64,000 nt of DNA from Camelus dromedarius (lineage: Eukaryota): assembly GCF_036321535.1 (NCBI RefSeq), contig NC_087436.1, forward strand, positions 59,150,001 through 59,214,000, in the 5' to 3' direction. Below are positions 50,110 through 61,015 of this stretch, one piece after another. The first letter of the stretch is position 1, and the number at the start of each line of letters is the position of its first letter. The notes beneath the pieces were generated by a model. The model was not told the origin of the DNA. It saw only the letters and a program-made list of their open reading frames with translations, and made no database searches. The translations under genes were made by a program, and so were the position numbers.

Positions 50110-52160
50110 TCTGATGAAGATGACAGAGTAAGAGGATGGATGTGAAGCTCACCTCCCTCAACAAAAACATCAAAAATACTTCTACATGTGGAATAATTCT
50201 CACTGGAAACTGGCAGAAGGACTTATGAGTAACCAAGTCTATAAAAAAGATACACATGTAATCCAGTAGGAAGGGAAGAAAAGCTATTGGGTCAGGACCT
50301 GTGCCCCTGTGCCCTAGGAGAGGACTCTGATAAACAGGGAAATTACACAGGTGGATACCCACTCCAGGGAGTAAGTAGTTTAAGCTACAGATTGGACACC
50401 CAGCCCTGTCATACATGGGGGAGCAAGCCCTCTGGGCTGGTTGGAAGATCGCTGGGACTAACAGAAGGGCTGTGGGGAGCCTGGACTCCATTTGTGAGGA
50501 CCATACATATAAAAGCTTGTTCTCAAGGAAGGGCAGAGAGCTCTGCTCTAGTGGCTGCCAGGTTTCTCCCAACAGTCTCACTAGGCACTCCAGCCCAGCT
50601 CACTCCACATTACAGCATGGTACTGGATCTTGGGCAGCCATGACTTGTGGGAAAAGACTCAAACATGGGACCCAGAGGTGACTCAGTCCTGGAGCAGAGC
50701 CTGGGTGGGGTGGTGGTGGCCACTGTAGGCACTTACTCAGGCATCACCTCAGAAACAGCCCAGATTTCTGATGGTGGCTGCTCCATCACAGTTCACTGAC
50801 CACATACACACCAAGAGGCCACGTAACACTTCCTGTCTTGAGGTGGGATTCCACCACAGGGTGCTTGGGGTGGGCAGAGCCTAGAGGTTGAGGGCAGTGG
50901 TTGACTGTGTGGAACAAAGGGGACTTGCACCAGAGGCTGCCTCTTAGCAGGCCTGTGGGAGCCTGCAAAGGCAGCACATCAGACCTCTGTGGTCACATGA
51001 GCCGAGAGCCCACACTGGCTCCACGTACTACAGTACTCCCAGTCTCTGGGGCACGGGTCATGGTGTGTGGAGAGGGAAAACACACTTCTGCTCCATTAAC
51101 TTGGGGTCAGACCCCTTCCCCTATAGGGCAGTAATGGTCACTGTACAGAGGGGAAGCAGCCTCACACGCAGTGCCAGCTCTAGCCCCTCCATCTCCAGCT
51201 CCATTTCCTAACAAGGTGATAGCCACCAGCACACCCAGAGGAAAGATGTGACTTGTGTCCACATGAGATCCGCCTTTGTACACATGCAGTCTGTACAGGG
51301 AAATTCCCACATAAGATCATCCCTTCAGGACTACAATAGCTAACCGTTTTACTTAAATTCGTACAGAGAAAGTTAAGCAAAATGCAAAGGCAGAGGAACT
51401 ACTCTCAATTGAAAGAGAGATAGAAAGCCCCTGAAAAAACAAAACAGAAATAAACAATTTACCAGATAATGAATTCAAAGCATTGGTAATTAAAATGTTA
51501 ACAAAATCAGGGAAAAGGACTGATGTACACCATGAACACTTTAACAAGGAACTAAATTAGAAAATATACAAAAACCCCAATCAAAAATAGATCATTCAAT
51601 ATCAGGGCTAAACACACTTAGCAGACCAAGTGATACAGAAGAACACCTAAGTGATCTGGAAGATAGAATAATGGAAATCACCCAATCAGAACAGCAGAAA
51701 AAGACAAATAAACAGTGAAAACAATCTACAAGATCTTTGGGATAATATTTGTATACTAACATTTACATTACAGGGTTCTCAGAAGAAGAGAGAAAAGGGG
51801 AATGCAAATGTATTTGAGGAAATTATGACTGACCACTTTCCAAACCTGAAGAAGGAAACAGATATGCAGGTATAGGAAACACAGAGGGTTCCAAATAAGA
51901 TAAACCCAAACAGATCCATACCAAGACATATCATGATTAAAACTGCAAAATTTAGAGAGAGGATTCTAAAGGCAGCAGGAGAAAAACAAAGAGTCATATA
52001 ATGGGAATCCCCATTAAGCTATTAGCTAATTTCTCTGTATAGAATTTGCAGGCCAGAAGGGAGTGACACTATATATTCAAAGTGCTGAAAGGGAAAAAGC
52101 TGCAACTGAGATATTCTACCCAACCAGATGATCACTTAGACTAGAAGGAGAGATACAGTA
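50110..52160 (+). mobile_element. LINE-1 5' portion (5'UTR plus most of a decayed ORF1), 3'-truncated
   Basis: gatgaagatgacagagtaagaggatggatgtgaagctcacctcc start; ORF1-like gatctggaagatagaataatggaaatcacccaatcagaac...ggccagaagggagtgacac; homologous to the reverse complement of 23150-25210. Confidence 0.85.
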
Positions 52161-52520
52161 CCCAAAGGCAGGAAGCAATGCTCATTACCAAAAGGTACCA
52201 ACTGCTAATAATACCACTGAGCAGAGTGCAGATGCTGCCCAGTGTGCAGATTTTGTTATTCTTGTTGTTTTTATTTTAAATTTTGTGAAATTTTGTTTCA
52301 TCCTCCTTACCTCCTTTTTCCCAGTCTCCACCACAACCCTAGTTCTTTTAGCACATCTGGCTCTATACCTGCCTGTTCACCAGTATTAATACCTTAGAGA
52401 AAAATCTTAACATAGTCCTAAAGATTAATTTTTTTGTTAAATTGGTATGCATTTAGCCAAATATCATATTTTGTTGATATCATAAGTTAGTTAAATCAAT
52501 ATTCAGAGCTTGCATTATTA

Positions 52521-52548
52521 TAAATAAATAAATAAATAAATAAATAAA
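52521..52548 (+). repeat. (TAAA)7 simple repeat
   Basis: Direct reading. Confidence 0.95.
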
Positions 52549-52914
52549 TTCCTACTCAACACACACTATACCATAACTACATTTTTCTTGTTCCAGATAG
52601 AAATTATTTTAGTCATAAGTTAACTGTTAACATTCGTGCATTGTGAGGGTTTAAAAATTATCTGTTAATGCTTTTAAAACCCTCTATTTGATGATATTTA
52701 AGAAATATTTACCCTTTGCTTTATATTTATAGATGTGACATAAAGGAAAACCATCTGCAGTAATTTTATTATGAAATACATAAAATTTATAAAATAACTT
52801 CATTATAAAAGACCATATCTGAAGAAAAAGTGATTTAGGAAAAGAAAATTCATCCATATGGACAAATGGGAATACAAGGATGTTCATTCCTTTGCTTGGT
52901 CTTTCATTTGTAAT

Positions 52915-53720
52915 TTCACTTGATTGAGCAAATTTTTATTGAACTCCTACTATGCAGTGTGTAAAGCAATTCAGGATGTCAAAGAAATATTGCATGTATT
53001 TTATTTAGCCTTCAGGGTGCTAAAAATCTAGTTGAAAAGATATGACATTCACATATAAAAGTTTAAATTATAGCTAAGAAATAATATAAGGCAATAGTAT
53101 GTTCCAAATAGCCTAATAATTACATTAGTAACAGTAGCAAGAGCAACACTTGCAGCATGTTTACATTTTCATATTAGTTAATTTCATCCTCACAGTAGCC
53201 GCATGTGGTATTACTACTACTATCTCCAATTATGATAAATAAATATAGAATACAGAGATTTTCCGTGAATTTCCCACGGACACAAAGCTGGTAAATGCCA
53301 CAGTGGGGTTTCACAACCACATAAGCTGAATTTGAATTTCTGTGCAACAAATACTGCCAGGAAGAGTCTAAGCAAAATTTAGATGGATCTGTAAAACTAT
53401 TATAATTTAGACAGGGAAAGAAGAGAACAGAAGGAATTCAAATAAAGGAATCAGGTAAGCATAATAATGGAGTCAGAAATGCGAGTAGCAGATTTATGGG
53501 ACCATGAATATACCTATTTAGAAGAAGTATGAATAGGCAAAGTAGTGGCTCATGAAAATGTATTTCAAATTTATATAGGTTTTGAAAAGGTGACTAGATA
53601 TAGATTGTGGCTGCCTGCATAGAGTATCAGCTCACTAAATTTGGTTTTAATCCTGAAGGTAACATACAGTCACTGGAGATTCTTAAGGAAGTTACTCTTT
53701 ATATGAAACAGTGTTTCCAG
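52915..53720 (-). mobile_element. L2 relic with a nested MIR (~53130-53345)
   Basis: agcaaatttttattgaactcctactatgc (L2 tail); catcctcacagtagcc...ttcccacggacacaaagctggtaaatg (MIR). Confidence 0.55.
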
Positions 53721-56700
53721 ATGCAAATGATTCACATAAGATCTATGTGTAATTATTTTTCCAGCTTGGTTTAGGCATATTCCCTGCAAGAAGCAGAGAA
53801 ATAAGCTATATATCTCACTGAGAACCCTTCTAATATTCTAATGCTACAATAAAAACAATCATGGTATAAATGAAAATCATATGAGTAATTTTTATTAACT
53901 CATATTTTCTTAGTCACCTAAAAATTACTAATGATGAAATGTAGGGGCAACAGGCTTACAAAGAAGCATGTGATGGTTTCATCACATGTGATGGTTTCTC
54001 TGATATACATTCAGAACTCAACTGCATTAAAGCAAACAAAGGGCCTTTCAATTCAAGTGCCCAGCAATAAATTCTAAAGTCACTGCAATTTTTAGATTTG
54101 ATTATTTGACTTATCTTGGTTTATACCAATAATCACAGCCAGCCTTCAACAAAATTGGGAGGAAGAGCTATTTGTCTTCTAAACCTATTCTCATTCACCT
54201 TTCTTGCCCTTCTTTTTCAACTACCTAAATCAACCTCTCCACTCCATCCCTATCCCCATGGGAGAGGTTATAGAAGAAACTCCAACGTATCTCTCAAGGT
54301 TGGATAAAACACACTCTAAAACTCCTTCTAGAGTATCTGAGATTCTATAATCATATGCAAAAGTATGACTTGTTTTATACTGCAGAGGCTGAAATGCTAG
54401 TTACTGTCAAATTGGAAGGAATTTGCTTAACTCATCCACATTAAAGTATTCATATTTTAAACCTTCTGTCACTAAAATTAGGTGAAAAGTTGAAATAATT
54501 CTGTAATAAGTGGTCTCAAATAATTCCTATTATAAAAGAGAAATGGGGTGGAATCATTCACGTTTCTGATATATGCTGACTAAATTATATAAATAATAAC
54601 TAATTGTCCCTACATACATGACAAAAGCGAAGAACACAAATACCATCAAAGGAGCCCTCACAAGACTGACAAATGGTTTATTTATTCATTGTTACTGTTT
54701 TGTTGCTTCTAATAAAATAGCAGATTGGGATTGACTTTTGATCTATTATCTGTAAAATCTTAAATTATGCCTAATTTATTCGGCTAAAGCTAAAAGTTAC
54801 TTCATTTTCAAATAATATTTTAAAATTAATCATAACATTTATACATTATATAAATATAACTTAATTATTATAAATTGAAAAATATTAAGTGTCTGGTAGC
54901 CATGGGCTAACATTTCATTATTATTTGTATATAATTTAATATATGCTTTTAATAAAGGAACATGCCCCTTTTGTGAGACTTGAGGCACTTTTATTTATTT
55001 TTCTTTCTTCATTACCATTTGTGAGATAAATTGATTCAGTTATTTATTTGGATTAAGAATAATATTCAAGTATGTTATCTCCATAGGTTTTTTTTTTTTA
55101 AAGACATTTACTTCTTCAGATATCTTTCATTTCTGACTAATTGCAGTATTCGGCAGATATGGAAACACTCCTGGGACATGAAACTGCTTCAGAGAAGAAA
55201 TGTAATATGCATTCAGAAAGTAAATAAATTCCCTGGGTTGACCCTCTCATGTGAATTCTAGTAAATATCTGCAACCTGTTCTGTCAATACTAATGATCAG
55301 AACATCTATCAGAGATGCAATTAAGAAATGAATGGCTGCAGACAAAAAATCTATTAACTTTTCTTAGCTGGTCAAAAGAAATCAAAGAAATACTTCCTGA
55401 CTAGGGGGAAAAATAGTTTAGATCTCTGTCAGCTACTCAATCTAATGAGCTACTTAGTAGCTTACTATGACAGATACTCTCAGCTACACGTAAAAAGAAA
55501 AAAGAAAGCTACCTGATTTTTCTACATTAAAGACTGACCATGCTTTCTGATAGTTTCTACATGATTCCCAAGCTGTTACAATAAATAAGGTAGAGATAGT
55601 AAAAGAAAAGTGAGTAAGTAATAAATAATTTAAACATGTGAAAGCAAACCACTTAAAATATTTCTATTGAATTCAAATCATCAAAATATAATTAAGAAAA
55701 CTACAACTGATTTTTTTAGGATCAATGTTTAATTTGGAATTCTTGTCCTGCATGGGTCTTGATGGAACCAATACTATCCCTAAGACAGACAGGAGTACAC
55801 ATCAAAATGTTGTTGCTTTTGTTTTATTAAAAATGACACATCAAAAAGACCCTTTCTAGAAGTCTCTAGCTTAAAAAATTAAAGTCTATGGTAATTTAAC
55901 TATTTAAATGGCCCATTCAGAATTTTCCTTTACACACTAGTTTAACTTCTACATATGCCAAGTAGTTAAACAGAACTCACTGCCCAGAGTAAGACAGTAA
56001 TTTGATGAAAATCAGTGATATCAGTGAAGCTTTGAGAAAGAAAACTGGTCATATTTTAATTAGTAGCAATATTTTCACTTTAGAATTAAATTTTTTCCCC
56101 TCATTTTGAATTGGCCCTCCCAGTTAATTCTATTAATCAAAGGTTTCAGATCTGATGTAGTTTTCCTCTTTGGGTCCCAGAAGTCCTGAAATGTGTGTAG
56201 TGTTTTATACCCAGCTATTTTCTCCACTCTAAGTCTATCAATAATGTGCTTATTTACATTGTGTTATTTCTCATAGGCATTTTCCCAATCCTGAGCAGAG
56301 TAAACATCATTGAAGATAGAGCAGATCTTACACAGTAAGGGATGTTCAGGGAGAAAGGACTGATCTTTTACATCTAATATTCATTATTTCACTTCTTCAT
56401 TCAACAAAAACCATATTGTGCCTGATATGTGCTAATTATTCTGATGGGTCTAGAGATGTCATTGAGAGAACCACTTTAACCCAGCATACGGTCCTGAGGA
56501 AATGGGAAATAAAGAACAAATACGTATTTTATGGGAGAGTGGAGCTAAGAATAAGATGTATTAAATGGGCATCACTATAAGGACACTGGGCAATCACTGG
56601 GAATTAGAAGAGGATTGCACACCAAAAGTCAGATGAAGGGGCTTCCAAAGATAAATGTTTTTTCCTTCACAAGTTTTTGAAGGGGTACTCTGGCAATATG

Positions 56701-57479
56701 TTTAAAAAAATCAAAGGTTACTGAATAGAATTGACAGTGGGGAGCATTTTGTACTTGAGGGCTCTTTTTAAATACAATGAATAAAGAATTTCCTGGAAAA
56801 AAAAACTGTAATTTAGAATAAAGCTAAAAATGACTTTATTCCAAAATGATTGTGGGGATATACATCCAGTCTTCCATACTCTATTTCACACAAATAACAT
56901 CTAGATTTACACTGTTATGAGTGGATCCAAAATGCTGAATTTGGGAAGTGTTCAAGTAGAAGATTAGTAGCTAATATAAGCATATCTATAAGCACGTAAG
57001 GTTATCTATGCACAGCTAATAAGTTTTATCATGCAAACAAATAGTGCATTATTAGAAAAGGTAAATGATTAGCAAATCTCTTTTTCAAAGAGACCTGTAT
57101 TAGTAAAAATAAGAATGTTGATGTTCATTTTCAACCACAATGCTTACTTACTAAAGACAGTTTAGGCTAATCCAATATAATTGTAATTGGTAACAAGTTA
57201 AAAAGAGTCATCTTTTCAATGATCTTAATAAAGTGAAGCCGATTTTCAACTTCATCAGCCTAAAAAATAAAATTGCCATAGAGGTGATCTATTTTTAAAA
57301 GGAATATCAAAACTGTACTTGAAACTATGTACTCTAGCACTTCCTTAATTATGATTGGTTGATAATTTAGATATTAAGGAAGCAACTACTGTAGAAAAAT
57401 GCATTATAAGAAAATATAATAAATATATTACTCTTGTATAATACATTGATTCTGTACTGTGGAAACAAGAATCCCCTTG

Positions 57480-58260
57480 GACAGGCCCAGATCAATACCT
57501 CTAAATACCTCTCTCCTATATTAGCCTCAGACATGAATTTCCATTTGCCTTTACCAATCCCTTACATACCCCATACTAAATATACCAAATTATTTTTAAT
57601 CATATCCTCCAAAACATATTCCAGTTCTTTAATGTTCTGTCTCAGAAGAAAGTATGAACCATTTATTAAATATAGAAAATTGTGTCACTGTTAAACCTCT
57701 TCTCCATTATCCAAAACCACATCTTATTGATTCTAAAATATTCTATTTCCTCCTCTCTTTCTACTGCCATCTCATTGCTCAAGATACTTTCATTTCCTCT
57801 CTTATTTGGCTGTCACAATGGTCTCTATTGGTATCTTTCTTTCAAATACTATATTCTGCATTAGTACCAAAATTGTTTTGCCCCCAAACAGATCTCAACA
57901 TATTAATGACGCTCAACCACTTTTAGAGGCTTCTATTGCTGATTAAAAAAACAAAAACAAACAAACAAAAAAACACCTTTTCTTTAGCTTAGCATTCAAG
58001 ACACTTCAGATTCCAACAATTATCTATATTTTCACCTTGATCTCAGAGCAAGCTCTCCTTGGCATATATACAATATTGTTTTATTGTGTATTGTGGATTG
58101 ATTGTTCTTAAATGCTATGCATTTCAAGACCTAGAAGACTTTATTCAAACAAGTCCAACTTCCTAAAATGCCATTTCTCTTCATTCTTCTGGCCACATCC
58201 TACTCATCTTATCAAGATCAGCTCAACACATTACTACTGGTCCTCCCAAGATTAATCCAT
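57480..58260 (+). mobile_element. L2 relic
   Basis: ttcctcctctctttctactgcc...ccttttctttagcttagcattcaagacacttc...tcctactcatcttatcaagatcagctcaa. Confidence 0.65.
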
Positions 58261-60480
58261 TGCTTCCTTCTTCTGCACTCTTACTATATTTAGCTCTGTT
58301 ATGTACATTACTTCTTTTGAGGAGATTAGGGTGGGGGCTGTCTTGTCTCAGTGCTGGCCTAGTGACTTTATAGTGGGGACTGTTTTTTCTGTAGTTGGAG
58401 AGAGAATGGGACATCTCCTAACCGAGAGTACATGATCTCTAGAGAAGGGTGATCAGTATGGAAGTCGATAGATTGAGGCTGCTTATGTACAAACAAGAAA
58501 GCATTAGGTAAGGGACAGATCATATTCAGAGTTAGTTATTTTCTAATAAAAATAATTCATGTATTCTGTCAAGAAACTCTTCAAGCTCCCTGATCAGCAG
58601 GAGAAGAGCTCTGGAGACCCTGTGACTATTTGTATGTGATAAGAACACTGCTCTTTCTCATCCCTGGTAGGAAGACAACATAATCACACATTTTGTCTAA
58701 GAACCTGCCTTACCTTGTTATTTTTTCATACGTTTTGGTAAGTGATAGAACTCAAGTGGGATAACTGTTCCCTGATATATAACCCCTCTGGGCTCACAGC
58801 TGTAGCAAACTACTTGTTTCCTCCTGGGATCTGCTCATTCTCAGGCTCTAAGAGCAGCTATTGCTTATGTTGCCTTCTTTTATTCTCTCTCTGCTAGGCA
58901 CAATCACTCGGTTATTACCAGCAAATTACCACCAATTAATGTCAAATTGAGACAACAACCAGACTTCTACTCACTGAAAACTGGGGAAAAAAATCTCCAA
59001 GAATTTGACAGGTGTTCAGTAAATGCTTGGAGTTAGCTATACCATCTTGTAACTGTATCTCATTTAAGCAGAATTGTATATTTATCGTTCCAAACTATGT
59101 GTATCTGTTGTCCTTTTTAAAAAATGATGGAAATTTCCTCATTTATTTTTACTTAGAATCAATTTAAAATATTTATCAGATCGAGACGAATAGTAACTGA
59201 AAATACTCCTCCAAAAAAAAGAGATCTCATAACGACTGTCATCAACAAAGTTACAAAATTAAGAAACCTCTCAGACATACTTAGAATTTCTAAAATGATG
59301 TCTTTCAATATAGTGGAAGCATCTCACAATTTAAGAGTCATCTGACTTTGAAGTGAAACTGAAGTAATAAATTACCAATTGAATAACAGGAAAAGTTATA
59401 TAACTTTCAGTACTTTTAATACTTAATCTACTACTGATACACATGTCCTATTTTCTCTCAGGGAAGTTCTTAAAGATAATGTAAAATCTTTTTGTAAAAT
59501 ATAAAAATTTTTCTAGTTCTAGATTTCCTTTTATTCAATATGGTCACTGACTTTAATTAGATGACTTTTGTCATTCTAACCTGTGGAACATTTCACATTT
59601 AATATTGACCTAGAGCAGCACTTTCCAACTGGTATTTTACAGTTGTCAGAACTTCATAAAATAGTTATATAGGATTCTTATAGACAAAAGGGCAGTGGAA
59701 AAGTAAAGTGCTAATTAAGAAATTTGAGAGTAAAAAAAGAAAGAAAAAACTGAAGGGATTTTTTGCTACTAGACCTGCCTTACAAGAAGTACTAAAGGGA
59801 ATCCCTCATGAGGAAATGAACAGATACCAGACAGTAATTGAATCCACGTGAACAAACAAAAAGTACCAGTGAAGTGCATAGGTAAATGACAAACATAGTA
59901 AAATGAATTTTGTTTTAAGTATTTTCTTCTCATAGCAAATATAAAAGACAGCTGCAAAAAGCAATTATTATAAAACCATGTTGATGGATTGTGATATATG
60001 AAGATATAACCTGTATGACAATAAGAGCACTTCAGAGTGGAAGACAGAGATATAGTGGAACAAAGTTTTGTGAAATAAAGTTGATATCAATTCAAACAAG
60101 ATTAAGTGACGATGTTAATTGTAATCACCAGGGCAATCACTAAGAATATATCTCAAAAATATATATAGTAAAAAAAATCAAGAGAAATAAAATAGTACAC
60201 CAGAAAATATCTATCATAAAGAAGGCAATCACTGATTAGAAGAACAAAAAAGATATAAGACATAGAGAAATATGTATCAAATGGAAGATATAACTCTTAC
60301 CTTACCATTAAATTCTTTGAATGTAAATTGGCTAAACACATTAATCAAGAGGCAGAGATAGGCAAAATGGTTTTAAAGAAACAAACAAACCAGGATCTAA
60401 CTACATGCTGTCTGTAAGAGACCCATGTTAGATACAAAAACACATATAGTTTGCAAACGAATGAAAAAAAAAATGCCTCG

Positions 60481-60911
60481 TGGGATAGTTAATTTTCTGT
60501 GTCAACTTGACTAGGCCATGTGATACTCAGATATGCGGTCTAAAATTACACTGAGTGTTTCAGTGAAGGTATTTTGAATGAGAATGAAATTTAAATCAGA
60601 ATACCGAGTAAAGCAGATTGCCCTCCTTAGGGTGAATGGGTTTCATTCAATGAGTCGAAGTCCAGAATAGAGCAATAAGGCTGATTGCCTGATGGCCTAT
60701 GAAATGGGACATAAGCTTTTCTTTCTGCCTTTAGACTCAAACTGAAGCACCTGGCCTTTAAACTGGACATATACTAAGAGCTCTCCTGGTTCTTAGGCCT
60801 TTAGTTCTGACAGGAACTAAATCATCTACTCTCCTGGGTCTCCAGCTTGCCAACCAAATCACTCTGCAGGGATCTGCCAGCCTCTATAATTGTGTAATCG
60901 AATTCATTATA

Positions 60912-60960
<49 letters not shown>

Positions 60961-61015
60961 CTATTAACTCTGACAGTTCTCAGTTCTGTTTCTCTGGAGA
61001 AAACTGACAAATACA
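60481..61015 (+). mobile_element. MLT2 (ERVL) solo LTR nested in the L1
   Basis: tgggatagttaattttctgtgtcaacttgactaggcc...gttctgtttctctggagaaaactgacaaataca (TG...CA ends). Confidence 0.9.
60917..60958 (+). repeat. (TA)21 microsatellite inside MLT2
   Basis: Direct reading. Confidence 0.97.

Noticed and set aside
50066..50681. 171-aa and overlapping ORFs; similar cluster at 23790-25113
   Set aside because: They lie in GC-rich L1 5'UTRs where stop codons are rare, and are not preserved as the same ORF between the two copies. An ORF0-like product cannot be supported.
58310..58720. Possible LTR-like segment (also ~13100-13380 and ~30420-30670)
   Set aside because: No termini or family could be identified by eye.
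52160..59740. The L1 ending in ORF1 at 52160 and the L1 starting at the ORF1 end at 59740 could be one split element
   Set aside because: The inter-ORF sequence after 59800 differs from that of the sibling family copy (22790-23100), and the gap is filled with MIR/L2 relics that are older than these L1s.
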